From positions 103,354,001 through 103,418,000 of the forward strand of contig OZ024741.1 in NCBI GenBank assembly GCA_964016885.1: a stretch of DNA of 64,000 bases, read 5' to 3'. A program made the translations under genes and the position numbers. A model generated the notes under the pieces. It ran no database searches, was not told where the DNA came from, and saw only the letters and a list, made by a program, of their open reading frames with translations. The DNA is from Eledone cirrhosa (Eukaryota). Below, piece after piece: positions 42,644 to 57,198 of the stretch (within the stretch, counting starts at the first letter, position 1; every line of letters begins with the position of its first letter).

Positions 42644-43257
42644 TGGTGGCTGCCAACTCGTTTTCGAGTACGGCCACTTCTTTATATCCATGTAGGAGAA
42701 CCCCTACCGAAGCGCTGAACGAGTGTGACTTTTTAGTCCAGCCAGTGACTTGAAAACTCTGGTACAAACACTACACTTGTGACAATTATTGACACATAGT
42801 GCTGGGCCCATGGTACCATGTGACGACAAGTGCAGAGAGATCTCCAGATATAAAGCAATGCCTGTGCCGTGAAGCTTTTATAGTGAGCAAAGGCACTGCA
42901 CAAAGCCAGTCCCACTCTCTTAACCAAGATGATATTTACCAAAAAGAAAAACAAGTCAACATCATTGGATACCATCAGGGTTGCAGGTGTTATATCAGAG
43001 TTTTCCTTCTCCTAGAATTCTGCATTGACAAAGGCTAAGGGGTCATCTCTCCCGGTGATTTTGGATGGCCATTGACTCTTAAGAGCTTCTTTGCCCTTTG
43101 ACAGGTTTTGTTTTTAGTCCTGCAGGATGTCCAAAGTCACCCTCCTCACCAACAAACCTTGGTGGGGTTGCCAGTTTAGTCACCAACGACCCGACCATGA
43201 AACAGGTTGTACTGGGATACATGTTACCAGTAGCACCAACTGGTGACCTGACATAAT
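42644..43257 (-). mobile_element. ~610-bp RTE-derived element (variant A)
   Basis: Full copy. Confidence 0.88.
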
Positions 43258-43359
43258 ATATACATATATAGACCATACATACATACATACATACATACAT
43301 ACATACATACATACATACATACATACATACATACATACATACATACATACATACATACA

Positions 43360-43973
43360 TGGTGGCTGCCAACTCGTTTTCGAGTACGGCCACTACTTTA
43401 TATCCATGTAGGAGGACCCCTACCGATGCGCTGAACGAGTGTGACTTTTCAGTCCGGCCAGCGACTTGAAAACTTTGGTACAAACACTACACATGTGACA
43501 ATTATTGACACATAGTGCTGGGCCCATGGTACCATGTGACGACAAGTGCAGAGAGATCTCCAGATATAAAGCAATGCCTGTGTCGTGAAGTTTTTATAGT
43601 GAGCAAAGGCACTGCACAAAGCCAGTCCCACTCTCTTAACCAAGATGATATTTACCAAAAAGAAGAACAAGTCAACATCATTGGATATCATCAGGGTTGC
43701 AGGTGTGATATCAGAGTTTTCCTTCTCCTAGAATTCTGCCTTGACAAAGGCTAAGGGGTCATCTCTCCCGGTGATTTTGGATGGCCATTGACTCTTAAGA
43801 GCTCCTTTGCCCTTTGACAGGCTTTGTTTTTAGTCCTGCAGGATGTCCAAAGTCACCCTCCTCACCAAGAAACCTTGGTGGGGTTGCCAGTTTAGTCGCC
43901 AACGACCCTACCATGGGACAGGTTGTACTGGGATACATGTTACCAGTAGCACCAACTGGTGACCTGACATAAT
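43360..43973 (-). mobile_element. ~610-bp RTE-derived element (variant B)
   Basis: Full copy. Confidence 0.88.
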
Positions 43974-44631
43974 ATACATACATACATACATACATACATA
44001 CATACATACATACTGTACATACATACATACTGTACATACATACATACATACATACATACATACATACATACATACATACATACATACATACATACATACA
44101 TACATACTGTACATACATACATACATACTGTACATACATACATACATACATACATACATACTGTACATACATACATACATACATACTGTACATACATACA
44201 TACTGTACATACATACATACATACATACATACATACATACATACATACATACATACATACATACATACATACATACATACATACATACTGTACATACATA
44301 CATACATACATACATACATACATACATACATACATACATACTGTACATACATACATACATACATACATACATACATACATAGAAACAAACAAACTGTTAA
44401 CAAGACTGATTTATACCTTTCGAGTGCAATAGTTGTTTCAGAATGGCTGTAAAGAATATTAATGAGCTTCCCAAATGTAAAAGGTGAATATCACCGCTAT
44501 GGACATGGGGGAAGATATTCCCAGCTGTCAATATATTCAAAATGTATGTGTATATGTATGTGTATATATGTATGTATAAATATATATGCATATACATATA
44601 AGCCATATATAAATGTGTATGTTTGTACGTA

Positions 44632-44721
<90 letters not shown>

Positions 44722-44733
44722 TATGTATGTGTG

Positions 44734-44774
<41 letters not shown>

Positions 44775-44801
44775 TTGTTTGTTTGTACGTATGTATGTGT
44801 G

Positions 44802-44842
<41 letters not shown>

Positions 44843-44869
44843 TTGTTTGTTTGTACGTATGTATGTGTG

Positions 44870-44910
<41 letters not shown>

Positions 44911-44927
44911 TTGTACGTATGTATGTG

Positions 44928-44960
<33 letters not shown>

Positions 44961-46045
44961 CAGAATTAACCTTAACGCCTTTGATATCAAACTATGTGAT
45001 TGTGCTCCTCGTTCTATGATACAAAGCTGTTTGTTTCGAAGTGTTTATATTTTCCTAAAAGCCTTGCATCATAATTTCATGTGATAACTCTTGCTAAGTT
45101 ATAGTCCAAACACCACCTTAACAATGAAAAAGTTTGTTATATTACTAAATCCTATTAAATCTTTGATTATTATTTTTTTATTTTTTTATTATTTAAAAAT
45201 CATAGATAATCCTTTCATTAGTAATATTATAACGAAAGGGCTAACCTATACTAACATCACAAACAGTGGCTGCTATTTGGTAAGAAGCTGGAGTAACCGT
45301 CTCATACAGAGTATATCGTATATCTTGCTCCTCATGGCGTTGCATTGTATCGTCTCACTTCACTCTGTTTAAATTGCTTAAAATAGACTCTGTTCGCTAT
45401 TTTGTGATTGTGTTGAGGCTTTCCCCAGAAATGTGAGGTGTTTAGAAGCACCAGGTGAGGCTAGTACTTCTACGGTTACAGTGCTGTGTTAATACGAAGT
45501 GACGGGAAACACAAACATAAAGCGGGAAAGGAATTCCACGAAAAATTGCTGCTTTTACAGCAGAACAACTGGATGACATTGTTGTTGCTGTTAAACCCTT
45601 TTACAGTAAAATAACTGAGGTACATTACTGTTGTTTAGTCCTTTTACAGCAGAATGACCGAGGTACAATGTTATTAATCAACCCTTTTACGTCTGAATAA
45701 CTGGAGCTGTTTAACCCTTTTACAGAATAGTAAAGAATATTTGGAGGGTTTTAGCAAAGTAACAACCTTTCTCATTATTTATCTGGTGTTTGGAACATAT
45801 CTTAACAAATGTTGTTTATGATGGAAGAATTTAGGCAAATATAAACACATAAATCGCTTTAGTTAGACAATGTTTAATTGAAATATACTGCAAATATATT
45901 TCAAATCATTTTGAAAATAAACAAAAATTTGGAGGAATTTAATAATACAATTAATTCTCTCATTAAGTACAACATAACATAACAAAGGTTCTTACATGCT
46001 TTGCACAGTAATATATTGTGGCCAATTCAACTGAAAATACTTCTG

Positions 46046-46219
<174 letters not shown>

Positions 46220-48254
46220 ACATACACATCACTAAAACCTCCCCACTACCTTTACAATATATACGTGGGCATTGTGCCAGTGTGAGAAAAAACATAAAAT
46301 ACTACCGAGTTATCGAGCAATTGCTTTCGTGTTTGTTTAAGTGTGTGTGTCGTTAGTGGTGTAGTGGTGGTGGTGGTATTGATGGTGGTGATGATGGTGG
46401 TGAGAATGAAGGTGGTGATAGTAATGATAATGGTGATGGTGGTGGTATGGTGGTGGTGACGATGTTTTACTTTCAGTTCAGTTTTGTTCTCTTAGAAAAA
46501 CACACACACACACATATATATATGTGTGTGTGTGAGTATATATTTACACCTTAGTTAGGTGAGATAAATGAGAACAGTTGAGGAAGGGGAGACAGAGCAT
46601 GAGGATAAGGCGGAGAGGGGACGAAAGCAGCATCTAACACTATTATTGTTGTGATGGTTGTTGTTGTTGCTTTACTACCACCACAGTTACCAGGATATCT
46701 ACTACAACTCCCCTCTGCCACCATAATTAGCAAAAGATTTACTACCCCTTCCACCAAGACAAATCCAAACAGAAACTAAATCATCTGTACCGAAAACCTG
46801 TGGTGGTGGTGGTGGTGGTAGTTGTGGTAGTTTTGTTGTTGATGGTGTTGATGCTGCTGCTGCTGTTACTGCTCTTACTGCTACTGTTGTTGTTGTTGCT
46901 GTTGGTATTACTCTTGCTATAGCTATTGTTGTTGCTGTTGTTGTTGATGCTGGTGTTGTTAATGTTGTTGAGGAAGCTGTTGTTATCGCTGCTGTCATTG
47001 TTGTTGTTTTTGTTATTGTTGTTCCATTACATCTAAGTCCTCTTTCCAACCCCCCAAACCTTGATACATTCTCTGTACCCCCTCACTGGAATTCCATCTT
47101 GATTCACTGGGGCACTATGAAGCAACATTCCATGGCAGACACCCATATTCTCCTCCTTACCCCCATGTCTTATATACGGTGGCTGGATGAAGGTCGGGTG
47201 ATGCCTGGTACGTCACCATTGGATCGATTCAGTCCAACAATTCCTATCCAAAAGATACCTCTGTTGGTTTACTTACGCAGTTTATCGACCACCAGGTGAA
47301 CTTCCGTGGTGGCGTAAACGGCACGAAAGACAGTTGTAAACCTGGATTGGTACGATCAAGTTTGTTTTTGATCTGTCTGGTTAACACATACTTATCCACC
47401 GTTGGACTCGTAAATGGCTGACAATATCTCCGTCGGACATCTGTGATCGCCGCGTACATGGCCAGCCTCAGTTTGCGATGCTGTAAGTACACTGGTTGGA
47501 GCCAGCATATATGATGTCCATCGTTCAAATCATGATTGGTTCCAGGACTTATGCCCTACCAACGTGTGTTAATTATTTCTATTTCTTAAGGGTACTAACC
47601 ACACTTATCTCCACTGCTTTCGGTTGTAACTTTTTCCCGTTCCATATCGGTATGTTGATAATTCTTTGTTAATTTTTTTTTTCTTCGGCCAACGTCTGTT
47701 GTGTTTTCTTCTCGAATAGCTATCCGAGAATAGTTATTGAGGCACTGTGGCGAATAGTCGTGTCTTTAATAGATTCGAAACTATAATTATCTACAGATGA
47801 CAGCTGATGAGCGGGAATTGTCCTCGTGTTTGTGTCTTCCGTGTTTTCTGTTCCTTTTTTCCTACGTATTTCTTTATATATATATAAGTTGACTTGACTA
47901 GCATCGGTTTCACTGCTAGTACCGGTTGCATTCAGCGTACTCAATAGGTAATGTTAAGTAAACCCCAGAGTAGACACAGGTTAATTAGCTTCCATACAAC
48001 GCACGTAAATGGGTACCTTCAATCATACTCGTACACGAGTTTCGGCCAACATATATATATAACGAAGGAAGTGTGGTAAGGCACCAGGTAGACCATAACG
48101 CACCAGAGTACTCAATACTTAGGGTAGTAGAGTGGGTAATAGGAAAATGTTTAACCCCGACGGCAGAGCTCAAGCCGTTTCGGCGGCTATTTCTGGACTC
48201 AGAAATAGCCGTCGAAACGGCTTGAGCTCTGCCGTCGGGGTTAAACATTTTCCT

Positions 48255-48307
<53 letters not shown>

Positions 48308-48436
48308 CAGGAAAAGGGTCAGGATCCCGACGGCAGAACTCAAGCCGTTTCGACGGTTATTTCAGTCCAGAAATAGTCGTCGAAACGGCTTGAGCTCTGC
48401 CGTCGGGGTCCTGACACTTTTCCTATAACCCACTCT

Positions 48437-48481
<45 letters not shown>

Positions 48482-48482
<1 letters not shown>

Positions 48483-48735
48483 TCTAAAGTCTGTCTTAAG
48501 CCAGAAGGCTCATTTGGCCGGTGATTATCCTGGTTTCATGGCGTGAAGCGACTGAAAGTACAAGACTCGCCCCTGGACAGGACGCCAGTCCATTACAGGG
48601 TTAAACCTCCAGCTATTGCGGGTACTCATTTTCAGCTGAGTATACTGGAGCAACGTGAAATGAAGTGTTTTGCTCAAGAACACAACACGCAACCTTAGAA
48701 TCGAACTCACGGCATTATGATCGTATCCAACACCC
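48482..48735 (-). mobile_element. tRNA-derived SINE (family B); head fragments also at 50120-50250(+), 54760-54845(+) and 17950-18040(-)
   Basis: Minus strand has B-box GAGTTCGATTC, gtgttcttgagcaaaacacttcatttcacgttgctccagt and a conserved-domain-like atggactggcgtcctgtccagggg. Confidence 0.7.
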
Positions 48736-51422
48736 TGTATGTGCATTTGGGATTGATGCCGACATATGTGATGCACGTGTTGGAGCCGACATATATAGTG
48801 TCCAACGTGCTTGGCGGCCTTTTTTGTGATGCACCGGTTGAGGCCAGCTCAAACCATCCTTAGGAAACGCCGGTACAAATACAATTAAGAAAAGTACAAA
48901 CATCACTACACACACTAACTCTACCGGGTAATGGTGCTTATTGAGGGAACGATGGCGTTGGTGGGGGTAGTGGTGATGGTGATGGAAGGGGTGTAATGGT
49001 AGTAGTTGGAGATATGTGGGTATGTGTGGGGTAGTGGTTATGGTGCCTGAGATATGTAATGGTAGTAAGGGGCATGTGTGTATGTGGGGGTGGGATTAGT
49101 AGTGATGGTGGGGGATGTAATTGTAGTAGGAGAGTATGTGGATATGTCGGTGTGGTGGGGGGTTGTAATGCTTTGGGGGATAATGTGAGCATGGGGGATA
49201 GTAGTGACAACCTAAATCATTTGATAAAATTATCTCAATGGCATAATTGGCAAACATCACCATCACACACACGCGTACACGCACACATACAGACACGCAC
49301 ACATACATACACACATACTGTATATACACACACATACACACATATGTACACTCATACATACACAGGCATCCACACACATACCCACACATACACACATATA
49401 CACACGCATATACACACTCAAATACATACACATACACAAATATCGAGAAACAATTATCTCTGAATAAGATGATTTATATGCAGGATCAATCAATCGATTC
49501 TCGTAAGTTCTTTTTTTTTAATCTTTTTCGTTCGTATTCTTCTATTGATTGGTTTCTAAAAATAACCTGAAAATAACACGGTATTTGTTCTGAACTTATC
49601 GATCTCTGGCAAGGGTTCCATTTATTGACATCATATAGCTAATAAACACGATCTTCTCTTCTTTACTTAGTTCAACAATCGATACGATGGTTATTTTAAC
49701 TTGTTAATTGATTATCGATTAAAGCCATGAACTTCTAGGTGATGTGTGGTTGGTATTGCAAATATATAGATATATTTGTTTTTGTAATCAACTGAGTTAT
49801 TTGGAATAGTTTCCTTATCAATGTTTCAGCCATTGTACTCTTCGACCACCTTCAAGTGCCCATTGTATTTAATTGTTTCTACTTTTGGCACAAGGCCAGA
49901 AATTACCCAGTGCATTACTGGTACTTTATTTTATCCACCCCGTAAGGATGAATGGCAAAGTTAACCTCAGCGGAATTTGAACTCAGAACGTAAAGAGCCA
50001 TAACTCTATGCTGCAAAGCATGGTGTCTAACGCTCTACCGATACTGCCAATCCACCGCCCTTTGTATTTAATATAAGCTGATATATCCAGACTAGTGTCT
50101 TCATATTGGTTGTGAGTGAAGTCGCGTGACTGAGTGGTTAGAGAATTGGATTCGCAATGGTGGGGTTGTGAGTTCGATTCCCGGACCGGGCGATGCGTTA
50201 TGTCCTTGAACAAGACACTTTATTTCACGTTGCTCCTTCTACCTGGAGTTGCGACTGATAGATAGTATTAGCAATTGGAAAAAAAACAATGGAAATTTCG
50301 TTTCCTCGGTCCAATTTGACGAACTCCACCCCATTCGTTAAGTGAACGAGGTCTGGGATCTTGTCGATCGACTGTCGATTGGATGTTATAATCCCAATAT
50401 TTCATCTGTTGTATCATACATTTGTCCAAACCGCCATTAAGCGAGTAGACGGTTTTCATGCCGATGTCTATATCCGAGATATCTTCCTATTAGTTAATTA
50501 GTTACTCGTGGTGTCGCTTACTTCTTCCGCTTAAACTGTTTTAAGAGCCGGCATGGATCAATACTGGAATCTCAGCATTGTTCCATGCGTAAGCCTACAT
50601 TTATATACTTTTAATTTTCTTAAGTTTATTACGAGTAGGAGCTGGGCGCACCAAGGGCCCAAAGTTGTGTTAATCTGGCTTTGTCGTTAGATGTCTCCTC
50701 CGTTTCTGAGCAGCATGGATAAATACAGAAATGTCAGCATTGCTCTGTATGTAAGCTTAACTTTCGTGTGTTTTAAATTTTCATTAGGTTTTCTGCGAGT
50801 ATATGCTGGAATGCCCAAATATTATCTAGCCCAGAGCCCCTCGTTGCTTTACAGCCCTGACTAGGGTATATGTAAATAAAGGTACCTAAGATTTAAACTC
50901 CTGACCAAGCAGACTAGCACACTTAAAACTAAAGCAACGGTTATATTGAACATGATATTATTCCAGTGGATCAAGACAGGATAACACAGGTAGCAATAAG
51001 ATGGGTACCACAAGGAGAGCAAACGCCTGGATGACCAAAACACATGAGTAGGTTTTTACATGTTATCAGTAGTGCTAAAGACAGGCCTGATATATACATA
51101 TATAAATAATTGTTTCTACTTTTGGCACAAGACCAGCAATTACCCAGTACATTACTGTACTTTTTTTTTTATCGACCCCGTAAGGATGAAAGGCAAAGTT
51201 AACCTTGGCGGGATTTGAACTCAGAATGGAAAGGGCCGTATAATAAGAACACAGTGGATGTGTTACATAGATTTATTGCTCAATCCTGGTTGCAAATGTT
51301 TCTCAAGCAGCCGGCTTGTGATATTTGCTCTTGCTGACCTTGGTTCTCTCACCAGTTTTCTTCGGACTTACTGAACTTTCTGCACACACACACACGCACA
51401 CGCACACGCACATACGCACACG

Positions 51423-51463
<41 letters not shown>

Positions 51464-51544
51464 GGGAAAAGTAAACGGAAAAACACTACAGACGATGAAG
51501 TACAATGAAGATATATATTAGTTTCACGCTTAATATAGTAGAAA

Positions 51545-51584
51545 ATGTCTTAACGTTTCGGACGCTAGCACTTCACCAGAACAT
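51545..51584 (-). ncRNA. Degenerate hammerhead in a solo pLTR-like repeat
   Basis: Minus strand reads atgtt-CTGGTGA-agtgctagcgtcc-GAAA-cg-TTA-agacat. Confidence 0.45.
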
Positions 51585-51950
51585 AGATTGATAAATTAAA
51601 AAAACTAATAGAAAGATAGAGGTGAGTGAGCTGGGGTAGGAACGAAAATAATTCTTGAAAGGCAAGTCTGTTCATTTTGCCAGGGTGGTTCAAAGTCAGT
51701 AGACCATTTCAAATTATAATAAATATATACTGGTCTAGTCACTTTACGGCCACTCTGTATATATATATATACATATAGAATGGAAAACGAAAAATCAGTG
51801 ATGCATCGGAACTCAATTTATTGCGTTTTTCCCAGCGAACAGCTCGAGGTGCGATCTGTGTGTGGATCAACCTGACTGGATTCGCAGGTTCCTCAGACAC
51901 CTATTGATTTCGGAGCAGATCCTCTTTACATATATATATATATGTAAAGA

Positions 51951-52000
<50 letters not shown>

Positions 52001-52091
52001 AGATAAGCAGAACAAGCAAAATTCAAACAATTTTTTTAAATAAATTAAAAAATATAATTTAAGTATTTACCTATTCCAGTTGCTTTTACCG

Positions 52092-52133
<42 letters not shown>

Positions 52134-52280
52134 GGGGGGGAGTCCACCTGGTTGTGGTGGGGCTGATAATGTTGTTAGAACTCAATGTATCCTAGGAAGG
52201 ATAGTTGCGGCGGCGAGAATCGGCAGTGTGACCAGTAGTTCTTGTGGTAGGTGGTCGCGGCCTAAGGTATCCTCGAAGAA

Positions 52281-52340
52281 AAACAGTCCGGGTTACAGAG
52301 TCGTTTACATATGTAAATGACTCTGTAACCCGGACTGTTT
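52281..52340. repeat. 60-nt near-perfect palindrome
   Basis: aaacagtccgggttacagagtcgtttac-atat-gtaaatgactctgtaacccggactgttt. Confidence 0.9.
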
Positions 52341-52443
52341 GAACAATAAAAACAGACACCTCTCTACCTACACCTGACTTCTGTTTTTATTCTTGAAACA
52401 CATATACATGTGTGCGCGTGTGTGTGTGTGTGTGTGCGCGCGC

Positions 52444-52519
<76 letters not shown>

Positions 52520-53020
52520 TATAAATTCAATGAAAAATGATCTTTTACTTTGTAGGCAACAATTAAACTAACAACAAAAAATAATAATAATCCTCTCTTC
52601 TCATCCACCGCCACACCACTACCCCCACAATCTCCATCACCATTACTAGTGTCATCGCAACTAAAGCCACCATCACAACATTCCCCATCACCACCGCTAT
52701 CATAACCCCACCCCTACCACAACGACCTCCACCAACGTCGCTGTTTCCACTACTAACACCGCCATATCGATATGTCATAATTAAATCAAACAAATAAATA
52801 AATAAGCAAGAAAATAAACAAAATAAATATATAATGAAATATATATATATTAATTATCTTAATTAATAACCCTATTATAATTAATACTGTGTATTGATGT
52901 TACAATCTAACAATAAAGATTAATAGATAGATCAATAAATGTGATAGCTAATTGATTAATTAAACTGTATTGACTATGATTATTCCGCTAGATTGACCCC
53001 AATAGGAAATACCTCCAATG

Positions 53021-54360
53021 CTTCTTCTTCTTCTTCTTCTTCTTCTTCTTCTTCTTCTTCTTCTTCTTCTTCTTCTTCTTCTTCTTCTTCTTCTTCTTCT
53101 TCTTCTTCTTCTTCTTCTTCTTCTTCTTCGCGGGAGCTAAGTCCTTAAGACCATCCCAGAAATAAGTGGTAAATATAAAAACTATATATTATAGTTGACT
53201 ATAAGTAAGGGTTGGCTCGAATACTAAATTGAAGTTGGCGAGTTTGGCTTTTACGCGTACCTCCCTTCTTCTGATGACCAAATGCTGAAGCTGGCGCATT
53301 ACTGCACTAATTCCCGCAATTCTTGCACTTAATTCGGCCTTCTGCCTTCCATCACTCGTGAACATGGCCCGAGATACTTGAACAACTTCACCTGCTTCAG
53401 TGGAACTCCATTCACATGTAGAGTGCACAGCACAGGCTTCCTTGAGAGGGCGAGTCTCATTTTTCGCAGCACCGATTTGTATTCTAGCCATGCAGCACAC
53501 GGCATCAAACCTATCAAGTGCAAGTCGGTGATCACCTTCTGTCGAGTTAAGTAACACCATGTCGTCCGCAAATTCTAGCTGATTGATTTACACCCACCAG
53601 TCGTGATACCATTTCGAACATGTCAATCCTATTGATGAAAATAATGAACAGGAGAGGTGACAGTACGTGCCCTTGGTGAAGTCCGACTCCCACATTGAAT
53701 GGTTTCGATTTAGCACCATTTATCCGAACTCAAGTACGCGGACATTCGTACAGAGTAATCATAGCAGCAAGAAGCTGACCACCAATCCCATACTGCTGCA
53801 CAAGTTTCCACATCAGGTCCCAAGAACGCGGTCATATACCTTTTCGAGGTCTACAAAATAAGAATATACCTCTTGGAAATACTCCCACGATTTCTCGAAA
53901 ATCTGCCGCAGTGTGAACATTTGGTCGGCTGTGCTGCATCCAGGGCGAAAACAACACTGTTCGTCAGCTAGCTTGGACTCGGCTATTTCCTTGCATAGAC
54001 TTTACTGGAGAGGCTTAACAAGGAGATCCCTCTATAATTGGAACAATCTCTCTTGTCCCACTTTTTGAAAATAGGGATTATCACTCCTGATTGCCATTGC
54101 TTAAATGCTTTTCCTGAGACCCAGGCCACCCGGCAGACACGAGTCAGCTCTATTTAAGGCTTTTAACATCTCTGGCCAGATTTCATCTTCCCCAGCGGCC
54201 TTGCTACATTTGAGCTCTTTAACTTCTCTTGTGACCTCAGCCTCCGAGAAATTAGTCAACGCTTCCCGATTCACCTTGTGTACATCAGAAGATGCTGTTG
54301 TGATCGGGTTGAGGAGATCAGCAAAGTATTCTCTCCACCTCGTGAGGATGCGCCTCTCTG
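53021..54360 (-). mobile_element. Degraded RTE-clade (Rex3/Expander-like) LINE fragment with an adjacent (GAA)n tract
   Basis: ILTRWREYFADLLN, KAAGEDEIWPEMLKAL, NYRGISLL, FADDMVL and QVKLFKYLG; (TTC)n at 53021-53129. Confidence 0.8.
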
Positions 54361-55940
54361 GCAGTGTTGAAGGTAGTGGTAATGGTAGTGATGGTGGTGA
54401 TGATGGTGATGGTGGTGATGGCGGTGGTGTTGGTGATAGTTCGTATAGTGATACAGGTGAGAGTAACAAGTCACATGACAAATCGACAATAGTTGTAATT
54501 AATATCACATCGACTTCATTATAACTGGAAATGATGATTAGCTAATACTAACAACAATTACAATTTCTTTTACTCATCGCTATCACCATCATCACCATAA
54601 TCATCTTAGTGATGGCGCAGGATTGGTAGTATCGGTAGAGTGTCTGACAACATTCTTTGCAGCATATAGTTACGACGCTTTGTGTTCTGAGTTCCAATCC
54701 CATACACACATACATACACATTCACATACACACATACCCCTCCCAGCACAATATGCTTAGCTTAGTGACTCACGATCTTAAAGTCGTGAGTTCGATTCCT
54801 AGTGCCGTGTCCTTGAGCTATACACTTTATTTCACGTTGCTCCTATCTCTCATTTGAAAAAAAAATGAGTTTTGACTATTTCAAAAGGCCAGTCTCTGCA
54901 GATACTGTGTCGTGCTGAATCTTCCTGAGAACTATTTAAGGGTACACGTATCTGTAGAATGATCAGCGACTTGCACACAAATGTAGAATATAGTGTTTGT
55001 TTTTGTTCTGTAGAATAACCCCCCACACCACCCCCACACATGCACACGCACACCATCACATACAAAGACCCTAAATCTTCACACATATCCTTACAAACAA
55101 CTTTACATATACATACGTACGTGCATACAACCAGACGCACATAAACACACCTATACTCTAACATGCATTCACCCCCACCCACCCACACACACACTTAATA
55201 CATACTCTATACACACTTTCACATGCAGACCATACACAAACACATCCTTACATACTCTTACATGCATTTACCCACATACACACGCACAAACTCAATACAT
55301 ACTCATATACACACTTTCACATGCACACCATCACGAACAAATACATCCTTATATACTCTTACACAGATTCACCCCCACACACACACACACATACATCCAA
55401 ACACACACATACACACTCAACACATACCTTTACTCACACACATACACACGTAGACCCTTTGAAGTATACGTATTCTCACATATACACACATATATACGCA
55501 TGTACACAATGAAAACTGGCAACAAATTTTTAACTGATGTATCATCAACAGCAGGTAGCCCTGCTTGGCATGCCTTTGAAAAAGTAAAACGAATCCGTAA
55601 TTAATTAGACCTAAACTTGACCTCACACTGCTTCTACTAACTCAAAGATAAAATACCAGACGTGATTAATGCTTATCTTTCTTCACATCATCCATACAAC
55701 TCCTTACTGGATGATGTTCTTGTTGTTATTATTGATGTAATTTTTGTTGTTGTTGTTGTTGTTGTTTTCTGTTATTTACATTTGCCTGTTTTCTTTTCGT
55801 TTCTTGCAGATTCATACACATTATATAAAGAGAAAGGCAGAGAGAGAGAGATTTATGTTTACACACCCAACAATCATACATACATACATACATACATACA
55901 TACATACATACATACATACATACATACATACATACATACA

Positions 55941-56554
55941 TGGTGGCTGCCAACTCGTTTTCGAGTACGGCCACTACTTTATATCCATGTAGGAGAACCC
56001 CTACCGATGGGCTGAACGAGTGTGACTTTTTAGTCCAGCCAGCGACTTGAAAACTCTGGTACAAACACTACACTTGTGACAATTATTGACACATAGTGCT
56101 GGGCCCATGGTACCATGTGACGACAAGTGCAGAGAGATCTCCAGATATAAAGCAATGCCTGTGCCGTAAAGCTTTTATAGTGAGCAAATGCACTGCACAA
56201 AGCCAGTCCCACTCTCTTAACCAAGATGATATTTACCAAAAGGAAGAACAAGTCAACATCATTGGATACCATCAGGGTTGCAGGTGTTATATCAGAGTTT
56301 TCCTTCTCCTAGAATTCTGCCTTGACAAAGGCTAAGGGGTCATCTCTCCCGGTGATTTTGGATGGCCATTGACTCTTAAGAGCTCCTTTGCCCTTTGACA
56401 GGTTTTGTTTTCAGTCCTGCAGGATGTCCAAAGTCACCCTCCTCACCAAGAAACCTTGGTGGGGTTGCCAGTTTAGTCGCCAACAACCCGACCATGAGAC
56501 AGGTTGTACTGGGATATATGTTACCAGTAGCACCAACTGGTGATCTGACATAAT
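55941..56554 (-). mobile_element. ~610-bp RTE-derived element, dispersed full copy
   Basis: Same sequence as the cluster copies, again flanked by (TACA)n. Confidence 0.88.
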
Positions 56555-57123
56555 ATATACATATATAGACCTGACCATACATACATACATACATACATAC
56601 ATACATACATACATACATACATACATACATACATACATGCATACATACATACATATATACATAGATACATACGTATGTATACACACTCCTCTATGTACAT
56701 AAACCTCTATATACCCATATCCTCAGTTACATTTTATACATATATATATATTAAAACAAAAACGCTCATGGCACCTTAATTTTATGAGAAGTGATTCCGT
56801 GTCTACATTTGTTATTATTAGAAATCCCATGCTTGGCAGTACTACCAGGGGTCGCTGCCGGTTCATGATAAACTCTACAGGCACGGCAGTCCTGTCAGAC
56901 GGACTTGCCCGTAATGCACACAGAGCGACGAAAGCGTTCTGCAGGCATTCATCCAGTGTCCGTGCATTACAGACTTGTGAAGTTATGTCGAGCAGCTGTT
57001 ATCGCGGGTATGACGGATCCAGCTGTCGACTGAGTCCATAGTGAAAAAACAGCAGTAGTGGAAGCACCACCAGAACCATCAACAACAAACAACGTGAAAA
57101 ATACACAGGGGGTCTCCCAACGA

Positions 57124-57198
<75 letters not shown>

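Noticed and set aside
45247-45346. Possible minus-strand exon (MQRHEEQDIRY...) with an AG|GTTAG donor
   Set aside because: Short, no recognisable homology and no identifiable partner exon.
46702-46797. Possible minus-strand exon VFGTDDLVSVWICLGG...
   Set aside because: The acceptor lies in a CCA repeat and there is no supporting homology.
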